NCBI GenBank assembly: GCA_038087875.1
Contig: JAXLNO010004393.1
Coordinates: 1 to 61,888 of the forward strand
Direction of reading: 5' to 3'
DNA from: Malacoraja senta
Lineage: Eukaryota
Length of the DNA stretch: 61,888 bases
Part shown: piece after piece, positions 26,761 through 39,164 of the stretch
How positions within the stretch are numbered: the first letter of the stretch is position 1
Layout: the number at the start of each line of letters is the position of its first letter
Notes under the pieces: generated by a model
Database searches by the model: none
The model's input: only the letters and a program-made list of their open reading frames with translations
Told to the model about the DNA's origin: nothing
Program-made: the position numbers and the translations under genes

Positions 26761-28589
26761 CACTATGAATGCCGTGCATTTTGACCTTCTTGGACAACCA
26801 ACCATGGAGAACTTTCTCAAATGCCTTACTAAGGTCCATATAGACAACATCCACTGCCCTACCTTCATCGATCACCTTTTTTCACCTCTTCAAAAAAATC
26901 ATTCAAGTTAGTAAGACATGATCTGTGGCGTACAAAGCCATGCTGATGGTTCCTAACTAGCCCATTCTCTTCCAAATGGTAGTAAATCCTATCCCAAAGA
27001 ATCGTCTCCAATTGTATCCCTACCACTGATGTGAGGCAAAGCATACTTTGGAATACAAGTGGAACCAAAACATTCATACCCCAGGAGAAAGAAAATACTG
27101 AATGTCTAATCTCTCTAAATGCCTTTTAATCATTGTGTTTTATCTACTTCCACAACGTCCCCTGGTAATGCATCCCAGACATCAATGTTTTGTACAATCT
27201 TCATAGGTCTTATCTACTGTCATACACCTGAGGACATCGAGCACCTCCATGTCCATAATACGCATATCCTCAAGACATCTCCATTAACTGTCCCAAGTTC
27301 CTGTAAAAGGACAAATGGCAATGGTCAAAGTGAGGTTGAAAGAGTAACAGGACATCTGTTTATCTGCCATGGGAGTTGGATTGAGCTGTGTTTGTTGCTC
27401 TATGTCTGTTGGAGGTGCATGATTTAGAACTGTTGTGAGACCATTCTGAAGAAGGAACAGATGCTCCACAGAACGTCTCTCCCTGGGATTTCCTGCCATT
27501 GACCCGTCCAGCAGCACTTGGCTGCCCCCTTGACTGGGCAGCCTCCTGTTTCTCAGTACAACTGCTTCTCTTAGTGTTGCACTTCCTGTTCTTGAAAACT
27601 TGCATCAAAAGACCCATGGCTGACACAGATCAAAGGGTTTTCTATCAGTAGCGAGGGGACACCTGTCCAGTAGTCCAGTAGTTTTAATCTCTGGGAGGGA
27701 AAATTCCTCATCAATATATAATCCTCCTTCCACCCAAGTAATTCTGGTTCACATTGATTCTTCCAAGGTTAGTGGAGGCAGAAGATTCTGCAAATTAGTT
27801 TTATCAATTCAGTCCCTTTATCTCATTGCATGGGTTCTCCCAGTCAATCTCGCTCAGGGGGATAACTTTACACTGCTCACAGTTTATCTGCAGCTTTAAG
27901 TCTCTCTCTCTCTCTTTCTATCTCTCTCTCTCTCTCAGAGGGTTATCTGTTTACTGACCGGTGAACCTTACTCCCTCTCTCTCAGCTTGATATCTGTACA
28001 CTGAGTTGTGAATCTGTGGAATTCTCTGCCACAGACGGCAGTGGAGGCCAATTCACTGGATGTTTTCATGAGAGTAAGATTTAGCTCTTAGTGCTAAATG
28101 AATCAAGGAATATGGGGAAAAAGCAGGAACGGGGTACTGATTTTAGATGATCAGCCATGATCAGAAGGGCCAAATGGCCTGCTCCAGTACCTATTTTTCT
28201 ATGTTTCTGTTCTACACTGACCAATGTCTCTCTCTCATGGGGATATCTGTACACTGACCATTGTCTCTCAGTGCCTCTCTCTTGGCATATTTGTACACTG
28301 ACAGCTAGCGCTCTCTCTCCCTCTCCCCCCCCTCCCTCCCTATCCCCTGTCAAGGGTATAGCTGTACACTCTTTCATGGGATATCTACAGTCTGATACCA
28401 TTATAGCAGCCAAGCTCATCACCAAACTCGAGGGACTTGGAGTCAGTACTCACCTCTGCAACAGCATCATTGACTTCAGTTCAGTTCAGTTTAGTTTATT
28501 CTCATGTGCACCGAGGCACTGTGAAAAGCTTATGTTGTGTGATAATCTGTCAGCAGAAGGACAATGCATGATTACAATTAAGCCATTTA

Positions 28590-29455
28590 AGGGCCTGTCC
28601 CACTAGGCGACTGCCTGCGACTGTCATAGTCGTAGCAGGTCGCCGAAAAACCGGTGACTGGACCCCCTACAACAATGTCTACGACAAGCTACAACAACCT
28701 ACCACCTAGTCGACGTCAAGCTAAGGCAAGCTACCGACAACCGGTGACCCAATCGTCACGACTTGGGACGTCCACCTACGACAACCTACGACGACACATA
28801 CGACAATCTACGACCACACAGGAGACAACCGAAGTCAACCTACGTCCACCCGCGACAGGCCACGGCAAGTTACGACTGTCGGAGACAACTGAAGACAATT
28901 CATGTCATTTTGGCCTCCAAAACAATGGAATCACCCAGTTATTAAAGGGGCTGTATTGTTTCCAACATCTGAGGGCATTGCTCTCATTAGAAGAAGCCCT
29001 GCTGCTTGCAGCAGCCCTCATGCTTAAAGATCAGCAAGACAGAAGGACAAGAAGAATGGGGAAGAGGAAGCCCAAGAAGAGGTGTGTGTGGTTGAAGCCC
29101 TTGTCCCTGTAGAGACCCAGGTTGGGCCAGTATGATAACCCGATGACTGAGCTCCAGCAAGAAGATGAGGCTGCCTTCAGAAACTTCACCAGGCTTCCCC
29201 CTTGAGCTGTTTCAGGAGATGAAGACACTGGGTGGGCCCTCTCCTGGAGAAAAAGGAGACCCACGGAGGAGCCACTGTCGTAGCCTGGTGTAGCTAGTCG
29301 GGTCAACTGTTGCCGATGGTCACCAGCTGTCGTAGCATGTTGCCGGTATGGTCGTAGCTTGTCGTCGGTATGGTCGTACATTGTCGTAGATTGTCGCCGA
29401 TATAGGAGTAGATGGACTTCATTCATAGCATCACGACTGGCTGTTGTAGCTTGAC
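28590..29455 (+). mobile_element. Internally deleted PIF/Harbinger element
   Basis: AGGGCCTGTCCCAC end, ACGAC/GTCGT subterminal arrays, and the transposase N-terminal remnant VWLKP...LGQYDNPMTELQQEDEAAFRNFTRLPP. Confidence 0.7.
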
Positions 29456-29699
29456 TTCTGTGCTCTATCTACCTCATTGGAGACCCTCGGACTATCTTTG
29501 ATCGGAATTTACTGGTTTTATCTTGCACTGAACTTTATTCATGTTATTCCCTTCATCATGTTTCTGTTCACTGTGCTCGATTGTAATCATGTATTGTCCG
29601 TCTGTTGTCTGGTTAACACACAACTAAAGCTTTTCACTGTACCTCGGTACATGTGACAATAAACTCAACTCAAACTCAACTCAAACTCAACTCAGTCCT

Positions 29700-30030
29700 C
29701 TCATTGATATGGATATCTGCACTAACTGGTGTCTCTCAGTCCCTCTGTCTCACCAGGATATCTGTACACTGACCGGTGTCTCTCAGTCCTCTCTCTCAGG
29801 GGGATATCTGTACACTGACCGGTGAACCTTAGCCCCTCTCTCCCAAGGGGGTATCTGTACACTGACCGGTCTCTCTCAGTCCTCTCTCTCAGGGGGATAT
29901 CTGTACACTGACCGGTCTCTCTCAGGGGGATATCTGTACACTGACCAGTGAACCTTAGCCCCTCTCTCCCAAGGGGATATCTACATTGACAGGTGTCCCT
30001 CTCTCTCAGGGGGATATCTGTACACCGACT
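29700..30030. repeat. GGGGATATCTGTACACTGACCGG minisatellite upstream of the VH promoter
   Basis: About 8 variable-length units, with related units at 27880-28390. Confidence 0.85.
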
Positions 30031-30310
30031 TTTAACTCAGCCCCTCACTGTGGTATCTGAGTGTCCTCTTGCTCCACAAAGTGTTCAGCATTGTAATGAG
30101 TGGATGGAGCAGAGTGGGATCAATCTTTAATCCGGATCTCATCATTGCCCCTCCACCCGCCGCCTGTTGTGGAGACAAACATCTTTTGGGGAATTGAACT
30201 GGGTGCTGGGGGCAGGGACAGGAAGCCGCGCCTCTGGTTTCAGTGGGTGTGAACCTGTTCAAGCCGCGGCTCCCTCTCTCTCTCTCTCTCTCACTCACAG
30301 CTCACTTGCC

Positions 30311-30318
30311 TATTTAAA
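30311..30318 (+). promoter_or_regulatory. TATA-like box of the VH promoter
   Basis: TATTTAAA about 90 nt upstream of the leader ATG, just after a (TC)n tract. I saw no octamer in 30030-30406, consistent with chondrichthyan IgH promoters. Confidence 0.55.
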
Positions 30319-30406
30319 CAGCGCTGACTGCTGCTCCCGACAAAGCCGGCCTGAGTTGAAGCCGCCCATTCCTCGAGTGTCCAAGTGTGTGTCAGTGCTC
30401 AGAGTG

Positions 30407-30452
30407 ATGGGGGTCGCTGCTTATCTCTGTCTCCTTCTGTCCTGTCTGCCAG
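30407..30452 (+). CDS. IGHV: IgW leader exon
   Basis: ATG to MGVAAYLCLLLSCLP, 46 nt, ending at a phase-1 donor CAG|GTGGGT. Classic Ig split leader. Confidence 0.93.
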
Positions 30453-30566
30453 GTGGGTGTCCCCCCGCGGCGTCACCCCCACTCGGGGCCGGGCTGCTTC
30501 TCGGACACTCTTTCACCCTCTGCCTCTTCAACTGTTTATTCAACTTTGTTTCTCTTTTATTGGCAG

Positions 30567-30864
30567 GCGTTCGATCCACGATCGTGCTGAATCAGACCCC
30601 GACCGCGCTGGCAAAGCCCGGAGAGTCCCACAAACTGACCTGTGTAACCAGTGGGTTCAGGCTCACCAGCTACAGCGTGAGCTGGGTGAAACAGGTCTCC
30701 GGGAAAGGGCTGGAGTGGGTGGGGGTAGTGGGGTATGATGATAGCAAAACATACGCGCCTGCCTTCAGCGGCCGATTCGAGATTTCCGCGGACAGCAGCA
30801 AAGTCTATCTCCAAATGAACCGCCTGACACTGGACGACACGGCCACCTATTACTGTGCGAGATC
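30567..30864 (+). CDS. IGHV: IgW VH exon, unrearranged, intact
   Basis: Acceptor TTTTATTGGCAG|. Reads GVRS-TIVLNQTP...LTCVTSGF...WVKQVSGKGLEWV...DDTATYYCAR, with both Cys and the core Trp. Confidence 0.97.
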
Positions 30865-30903
30865 CACAGTGAGAGGAAGCGGGGCCGGGCCGGTACAACA
30901 ATC
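30865..30903 (+). promoter_or_regulatory. V 3' RSS, 23-nt spacer
   Basis: CACAGTG (30865-71), 23 nt, ACAACAATC (30895-903). Confidence 0.92.
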
Positions 30904-31109
30904 CAGGGGAGAGAGAGCCTGCCCTCAGCAAGGAGCCAAGCGCCGTGGGTGGAACTGGAGTCACGGGGCGATCAGGCCCAGTGTCCGTCTCTGAGACACG
31001 GTCAATGGTTGGGCGAGAAGGAACATCGATGAACAGAGAGATCTTGGGCTCCAAGTTGACAGTCGGACGTGCGGAGTGACTGGGCTCGGAGACAGTGTGA
31101 GAGGATGGG

Positions 31110-31188
31110 GGTTATTGTACGGCGGTGAATCACAGTGACTACACGGGTGGCACAGTGTGAGAGATGGGACTTCCTCCATACAAAAACC
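31110..31188 (+). other. D1 segment ACTACACGGGTGG (31138-31150) with 12-RSS and 22-RSS
   Basis: GGTTATTGT-12-CACAGTG | D | CACAGTG-22-ACAAAAACC. All three forward frames are stop-free. Confidence 0.93.
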
Positions 31189-31513
31189 TGCCGCAACTAA
31201 ACGCTTTAAATCACGTCTCTGGGCGCTGCAGCCGCCGCCTTTCCCCGGGACCCGTGGATATAAAGCAGATCCCGAGTGTATTATCTGGCACAGGGAACAA
31301 GTTCCACTGGAGATGTGGGAACACAAGCAGCGAGGAGCCGCTGTGGGTCGAGGCACGGTGACAGTCCCGGTGGGTTCTCTCATGTCCACTACAGGGCTGC
31401 AATGGCCGAGACTGGACGCTGTTGTGTGGGGGACACGGACACAGATGGATGGGGCTTTAATTAAGCCGCTGCCCACTCTGGCCCGTTGGATTTCGGGCTG
31501 GATGTGGTAGCAC

Positions 31514-31578
31514 AGTTTGTGAGCGGCGGTGAATCACCGTGACACTGGCCCACGGCGGCGGAGAGCTGAACAAAAACT
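31514..31578 (+). other. D2 segment ACACTGGCC (31542-31550) with 12/12 RSS
   Basis: AGTTTGTGA-12-CACCGTG | D | CACGGCG-12-ACAAAAACT. The 5' spacer matches that of D1 at 11/12 nt. Confidence 0.85.
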
Positions 31579-31904
31579 ACCCCCGACAAATGAGCGTCCG
31601 CAGCGCAGTCTGTCTCCACCCATTGTACATTGCTGCTTGCCAGAGTCAAATCCATGAAGTCTGGCTCGCACTGCAGGGAAGAAATGTCCATTTCTGGCCG
31701 GTTAAAAGCCCGAAAGGAGGCGATTGTGTTTGTGAGGGACGGCCAGAGCCGGTGGCAGCAGACGGCAAAAATGCCTCTTTTATTCACACCAGAGGTTGAA
31801 CAAGGATGGAGATTGGGATGGAAATGCAGGAAGCGGCTGCTCCTGGTCCGGGCAGAGTTCACGTTGACACTTTGCTGAGATTATTGGATGTGGAGGGCGA
31901 GTGG

Positions 31905-31943
31905 AGTTATTGTACTGACTGAGTGGGAAGATGAAGCAGTGTG
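31905..31943 (+). promoter_or_regulatory. J 5' RSS, 23-nt spacer
   Basis: AGTTATTGT (31905-13), 23 nt, CAGTGTG (31937-43). Confidence 0.9.
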
Positions 31944-31994
31944 ACTACTATCTTGACTACTGGGGTGCAGGAACCTCGCTGACAGTGACTTCAG
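31944..31994 (+). CDS. IGHJ: JH segment
   Basis: YYLDYWGAGTSLTVTS (WGxG motif), then phase-1 donor G|GTAAGA. Confidence 0.96.
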
Positions 31995-33904
31995 GTAAGA
32001 CCAATTCCTCAATTCCATTTTACCCAGTTGTGTTTTATTAATTTATGGTCTTTGCGAATTCTGTAATTGACTTGAACTCGGTGAGATATTTGGAACAATT
32101 GCACGGATTTCCCGGACACAGGCGGGGTTCTCCAGAGTTAGAATCTACCCAGCAACAGTACATTTCCCAGCACGTTGAACTGCCCCACAGGCTGTTCTTT
32201 CCCTGAGTCTCGCCATCATTTGCCTTCAGTCCATCTTGTGCATGCCGACCAAGCCGGCTTTCTGGGCTCGTCCCATTGGCCACATATCCTTCTCATCCAT
32301 ATACCGGATTTTTTTGATAATCGTAATTCTATCTGCTTTTATAGTTCCCTCTGGCAACTCATTCCAGATACTGCCGACCCAATGTGAATAAAAATGCCCC
32401 TGAAGTCCCCTTTTAAATCTCTCCCCACGCACCTTACGCCTGTGCCCTCTTGTTTTAGAAACCTCTATCCTGGGAAAAAGCCTGTGAGCGTGCACCTTAT
32501 CCATGCCCCTCATGATCTTGTTCACCTCAATAAGGTTGCCGCCTAGTGTCCTTTGTTCCAAAGAAAGAAACCCCACCTTCTCCTCCCTCTCCCTAAAACA
32601 GAACCCCGCATGTCCAGACATGTGGAGGAGGACTGGCCAAATGTTGTGCCTTCCACCACAGTGATGAATGCTGTGGTGGATGTTTGTGTTAAGTTTTTAT
32701 CGTATTTTGTGTGTTCTTTTTCATTGTACCGCTGCTGGCAAATTCATTTCACTTGCACTTTATGTGCAAGTGACGAATAAAACTGATTGTATTGTATTGA
32801 TTGTATAATATCTTGGTGAATCTTTTCGAAGTCCTTCCCAATATAATGACACCCTTCCTGTAGCTGGGTGACCAGAACTGCACACAGTACTTACTCCAAG
32901 TGTGGTCTCACCAATGACTTGTACAGCTGCATCATCATGTCCCAACTTTTATACTCAGTACCCTTCCCATTGAAGGCGGTCTGCCAAAAGCCACCCCAGC
33001 TCCCTGTCCACCTAACTCGCCACTCTCAGCGAACCATGCCCCTGCATTTCCCCATCTGTCTGTTCTACAACACTCTCCAGGCTCCACCATTTACTGTGTA
33101 AGTCCAGCCCTGGTTTGATCGACCAAAGTTCAACCCCCCCTCACTTGTCAGAGTTAAATTCCATTTGGTATTCCTTGGCTCCCCTTCCCAACTGATGTAG
33201 ATCTTCTTGTAAACTTATCCTTCTCACTGTCCACTCATGCACTGATTTTGGTGTAATCTGCAAACTTACTATCAATGTCCACGATATTGTATGGCAAACT
33301 GTTAATGTAGATAACCAACAACAGTGGTCTCAGCACTGACCCCTGCAGCAGTCCACTTCCTCCAAGCTAATTTAGCTCATGTGGGTTTCATGTGATCTAA
33401 CCTTCCACGCCAGCCCACCATGCCAGACCTTGTTGAACCTTATCAGGTTCATGAGGCACAATTTCCCCAACACAAGCAATGCTGTCCCTAATCCTTGGCC
33501 CACCCTCCCAAGTGATCTAGATCTTGTAAACTTAGGACTATCCCTAATCAGTCTGTGCCTATCCAAATACTGGTAGTTCCTGTCCCTAAGGACATTGCCA
33601 TCAATGATGTTTGGCTCACTGGTGTAGATCCTTGGCTTGGCCCTAATGTCCTTCTTCAATTACACTTCAGTATCAGCCACCCTCCAGTCTTTTGGAGATT
33701 AATGTGCCTGTTTCCATACTATTAATCTATGACGCTATGACTCCAGTACCTGCTCTCACAAAGCGATCCCATCAAACACATCCAGGGCAGACAGAGCATG
33801 AGTCAAATGCAGAATAAATCTCCCCGTGTCACTGTGCTGTCAGCTACAGATTAGATACAAAGTTCCATCTGTCCTGTCCCAATGCTCCCAGGGAAGGGAC
33901 AGCA

Positions 33905-34170
33905 CAGGTTAGACAAGGAGTGAGGCTCCCTCCAACCTGTCCCCACACACACCCAGATTACAGGTTAGTCACTGAGTGAAGTTCCCTCTACACTGTCTCC
34001 ACACACACCCAGGGTATGGGTTAGTCACTGAGTGACGTTCCCTCTACACTGTCTCCACACACTCCCAGGTTACAGGTTAGACACTGAGTGAAGTTCCCTC
34101 TACACTGTTACATACTCCCAGTGCAGGGACAGAGTGTTTGACACAGAGTCAAGCTCCCTCTACATTGCTC
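33905..34170. repeat. About 56-bp tandem repeat, about 5 units
   Basis: TTAG(T/A)CACTGAGTGAAGTTCCCTCTACACTG recurs at about 33909, 33965, 34021, 34077 and 34138. Confidence 0.85.
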
Positions 34171-35107
34171 TGTCAAACAATCCTTGTGTAAATGCTTCAG
34201 AACACAGAACATTCTCTAGATTGTAAAACAAATTGATGCTGGTTCAAAAACAAAGGTTCACAATAATGAATGATTTGAACATAATGAGAGAATGTTGTAC
34301 ATGGTTCTAGATGTGGGTTTTAGTACACCTGGTTTTCTTTGCGTCTTGTATTGAATTTCAACATTTAGAGATCCTTAGTAAGTCAATACCTTTTATTCTT
34401 CATTGTGAATTCACTGACGCGCGTAGTTTAGATTCTGAGTCAAGTTGCTTGGTGTTTTTGACGTGAGTTTTGCTGCACAAAAGAACTGCTTTTTCCCAGT
34501 TCACAGATGGAGGAATTGGCTCCAATTTCCTGCCCTCCTCCATCAGCCGACTGGGTTTGTCCAACAGGTGCTTTGCTCCATTAACCAGGGCTGCTGGTGT
34601 CTCAGTGAATCTCAGTGGTCATTCACAGAGCACCTTTCATGGTGTCCCCGAACGCTTCACAGGCAGTGAGGCATGTTCACAATAGAGCTGTGTTGTAAAG
34701 GAGGGACTGTGGATCCACTCTGCACACAGCAGAATCGGCAAACCGCTGGTGAGGGTGAAATGTTGTCCGAGACACCACAGATACAGTGATCCAATGGACA
34801 GGCATCAGGCTGCAATCAGACCCCAGTTTAATTCCGCAACAACTGTGGAATTTAAACTCTGTTCATAATCTGGGACAGATTGGACCTGTGTCAGATTTTC
34901 TTTTGTTAATAACCTGGATTTTGTGCACTAATCCACAGTAATGATGACCTCTCAGTTTCCCTGCTGTCCCTCAGTGAAGGAGATCTATTGTCCTTACCCA
35001 GTCAAGCCTATTTCTGACCCAGCAATGCAATTGGCACTAAATGCCCCCAGGATGGCAACTCAGACGGGCAGTTTATTGCCCCTCCTCATCCTAGCACACT
35101 ATTGTGC

Positions 35108-35340
35108 CCCCCAGCATCCTGCTCCTCACCCCAGCTCCTCACCCCAGCACCGTGTTGCTCACCCCAGCACCCTGCTGCTCCTCACCCCAGCACCCAGCTC
35201 CTCACCCCAGCACCCAGCTCCTCACCCCAGCACCCAGCTCCTCACCCCAGGACCAAGCTCCTCACCCCAGCACCCTGCTGCTCCACCCCAGCACCCAGCT
35301 GCTCACCCCAGCACCCAGCTCCTCACCCCAGCACCCAGTT
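35108..35340. repeat. 20-bp minisatellite (ACCCCAGCACCCAGCTCCTC)n, about 11 units
   Basis: Directly visible in the J-CH1 intron. Confidence 0.95.
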
Positions 35341-36275
35341 GCCAGTATGATATGTTTTCCAGTCCCTGACCCACCTCCTGACCATATTAGGAACATTGAT
35401 CCAAATTAAACTGCATCCATCACCTGCTGATCCCGGGATGGAAAACACTGTGAGCTGCAAATCTCTCCGCCTGACATTATTGAGCCTCCTGCACGAAACA
35501 CTCGGCAGCTCAGGCAGCATCTGTGGGGAGAGAAGCAGAATCACCCTTTCACTTCAGTGCTCTTTCATCAAACTTTCAGAATAGTTTCTGACAACCACGC
35601 TATTTCCACTTTTATTTGATGTTTTTTTATTTTGTTGAAGGTTTCCACAACCCCAGGACATCTCAAAGCATTCCCAGCCCATTAATAACTCAGAGACATA
35701 GTCATACAGCACGGAAACAGGCCCTTCAGCTCAGCTCGTGCAAGGCAGCCTGATGCCCCATGTATGCTAGTCCCACTTGCCCATGTTTACCTCATGTCCT
35801 CCAATCCTTTCCTATCCATGAATCTGTCCTAGTGTCTTTTAAATGCTGTTATCGTACCTGCCTCAACTGTTTCCTCTGGCAGCCTGTTCCATATACCAAC
35901 CACCCTGTGTATGAGAAAGTTCCCCACACATTCCCATTAAATCTCGTTCCTCTCATCTTACACCTTTATCGTGATTCCCCTATCCTGTGTAAAAGACTGT
36001 GCATTCACCCTATCTATTCCCCTCATGATTTTATACACCTTTATAGGATCACTCTTCTGCCTTCTAGAGGTATAAAGGAGTAAAGTCCGAGCCTGCCCTA
36101 CTTTTCCCTCCAGCTCAGGCCCTTGAGTCCTGGCAACATTCTTGTAAATCTTCTCAGCACTCTTCTAGCCTAATGATATCTTTCCCAGAGTAGCTTGATG
36201 AAAACTCAACATTGTATTCCAAATTCAGCTTCACCGATTTCTTGTAACACTCTAGTATAACATCCAACTTCTGAA

Positions 36276-37170
36276 CAGTAAACCCTCATTTTAACGGACC
36301 ATGGTGTGGGGGGATAGTATCCGTTATTGCAGAATGTCCGCTTTAAACGAGTAAGGTTTTATCCATGTATGTAGTTGAAACAAAGAATGCAGATGCTGGT
36401 TAATACACAAAAAGACACAAAGTGCTGGAGTAACTCAACTGGTCAGGGAGCATCTCTGGAGAACATCGATAGGTGAGGTGGGGACTCAGACTGATTCAGT
36501 CAGCTGGGTTACTCAAACACATTGTGTTGTTTCACCTTAATACCAGGCGCCATTGCCTCTGCTCTGCACCAGCGAGTCCTTCTTCATCCACCGCACTGTC
36601 CAGTGACACGGCTGTGGTTGTGGCTCACATTGTAGCCTCTGGCTGGCAGTGCTTTCTTCAGGCCGCTGCCACTGACAGGGTGCACGCTCACCATGGGGCA
36701 CCCTCTCCTCTCAGTAGCTGCTGCTTCCAAGGTGCAGTATGTTGGTGACTCCAGGGAGAAGGAGGGGGAGATGGCGGTGGAGGGGGGAGGGGGAAGAGGC
36801 TGAGTGGACAGAGCGAGGGGAGGACGAGGGGCAGATGGCGGTCGAGCAGGGAGTGGACAGAGTGAAGAGCCGACACTTTGAAGCAGCAGCATGTGGGAGG
36901 GGAGGGAGCCTCATGGTGACCAAGCACGTCCTGTCGAGGACAGCAGCTTGAAGAACGCGCTCATCTCGGGGGCTCCGTGAGCCACAACAACAGCAGCATC
37001 ACGGACCATATGGTGGTGGGTGAATAAGGGCTCACTTGCGAGTCAGGGGTGGAGTTGGAAGCTGGGGCTCTAAGCGGTCAAGAGCCATGCGTGCAAGGGT
37101 GCTATCAGCAGGTCCGTCCGCTATATCCAAAATCTGTTATAAACGGGTCTGTTAAAACGAGGGATTACTG
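36276..37170. mobile_element. pogo/Tigger-like non-autonomous element inside a CR1 fragment
   Basis: CAGTAAACCCTCATTTTAACGGACC versus GGTCTGTTAAAACGAGGGATTACTG followed by TA. The host CR1 resumes at 37171. Confidence 0.7.
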
Positions 37171-37656
37171 TATATCAATTCCCTGACTCATGAAGAGCTT
37201 TTTTTAACAACCTATTTACCTGTGACAACGCTTCCTGGGATCTGTGTACCTGTACTCAAAGATCCCTTAGTTGTACAACACTCCCCGGGGCCCAGCGTTG
37301 AGGAAGGTCCACAACAGGACAGATCTAGCACCATTTGGACCAGTGGTTGTGGATATGGTCCATCTGGCACCGTACCATGTGCTTCCTGACCTGGGACACA
37401 TCACCCACAGCACAGGCCAGTTTGTCCCTCTGGTTGGCAGAAGTTGCCTCCCCAGTGGCCAGTGTGAGATCAGCATTTCACTGCTTGGTCATGCACGGTG
37501 TGAAAGGGATTGGGAAAGGAACCATTTCTCTGCTCTGCCTGGCCTTCTCCCAGCCTGAATCACCTGCATTTACTCAGCAATCAGCATGAACCTGTTGCAC
37601 GCGCTGGTAATAATCCATTTACTACAGAACCAACTGTTAATTTATTTACATTTCAG

Positions 37657-37965
37657 AGGGTGCGACCTTGCCTTCAGTCCACATCACCTCTTCCTGCAAC
37701 ACAGACTCTGACCAAGAGGTCAGCCTCCTCTGTCTGGTCAAGGACTACCAGCCTGAGATCATCAGTCAGACATGGTCCACCAGCAGTGGGGACATCACCA
37801 ATGGAAGCACAAAGTACCCACCAGTGTTGGGACAAAACAACACGTACACAATGAGCAGCTTGCTGAGAGTCCCTGTGGCAGATTGGAACAGGAATAACGT
37901 CTACTACTGCAAGGCAGGATTCAAGCAGGACAACATGGTGAGAATGGAGATCCAGAAGCCTCAAG
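37657..37965 (+). CDS. IgW: IgW CH1 exon
   Basis: TTTCAG| ...SSCNTDSDQEVSLLCLVKDYQPE...TW...DWNRNNVYYC...KPQ G|GTTAGT. C1-set motifs, plus an N-terminal Cys for light-chain pairing. Confidence 0.93.
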
Positions 37966-39164
37966 GTTAGTGTGAGATTTTGTTGTCCATTTAAAGCTGA
38001 TGATTGAACTGAAGTGGAAGCCTTTGTCGAACAATGTAGGAAGCAAATTACTTATTTTGCTCATTCATTCTCCTCCTATCAGCCAGAGTGCTGCTGCACA
38101 AGGAAAAAGACAGTGAGAATTTATGTGGAAGGAGATAATGGTTGGTGGGGGGGGGGGGGGGGGTGATTCATGGAGGAAGCATCTCGTCTTGATCTGCCTC
38201 CATTCTATCCACTGCTTTGTCTAATTCCTGCAGCTCTCTCCCACCCCAAACACCTCCCTGCAGATCAGCTGCTGTGCACAGAGCCACACCTATTGTGCAC
38301 AGTGTGGTGATTTAAATCTTCCTCACTCTTCCTGCACTTTCCCCTCAACCCTGCAGCCGACCCCTCACCAAGTGAAATCCTGTCTCCTTGGGGAAATGAC
38401 ATGAATCTGCTTCCACTCTCACTTTTAACCACTGCCTTCCAGTTCTGATCAAATCATTGCTGTCATAACAAAATAAGTTTCTCGTCCATCTGACCTCCTT
38501 TCCCATTAAACTTAAAGTTGTGTCATAAGGAACTGCAGATGCTGGTTTAAAGTGAAGATAGACAGCTGGAGTAACTCAGCGGGTCAGACAGCATCTCTGG
38601 AGAAAAGGAGTTGGTGACGTTTTGGGATGAGACCCTTCTTCAGACTGAGAGTCAGTGAAAGGGAAAAGAGAGATATATACGGTGATATAGAGAGATATAG
38701 AACTAATGAACGAAAGATATGCAAAAAAGTAATGCTGATAAAGGAAACAGGCCATTGATAGCTGTGGGCTAGGTGAAAATGAGTTACAGACAAAGTAGAG
38801 GTGAAGACAACAAAGTTGTGATTCCCAAACCTCCTGCCAGTAGAAACAGTTGTCTCATCTATTCCTCTGCCTGCTCCAGCACACACTGAGATCACAGATG
38901 GTCTGTACGCCACTTACTCACCTCCACCCTTACCACTGCAGAGTGGCCCATAATGCTGGGGAGGCCTGTGTTCTAACCCAGCCTCCCAATCACAGCCCTG
39001 ACCAGCACCTCACTGTGGGACCCACCGTATCAACACATCACCGGCATATCACCAGCATTGTGGGGAGGGCTGGTACTGGGGCATTTGTCCCAGATGCTGG
39101 GAGAGTGGAATCCTACACTGTGGCTGAAGGAATCATGTTATATCAGATATTTTATATGTTGCAG

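Noticed and set aside
30167-30994. 275-aa ORF as a single-exon gene
   Set aside because: It is leader, an in-frame intron and V read through the RSS. Splice sites and the RSS explain it.
31354-31360. CACGGTG as a third D segment
   Set aside because: No nonamer at 12 or 23 nt on either side.
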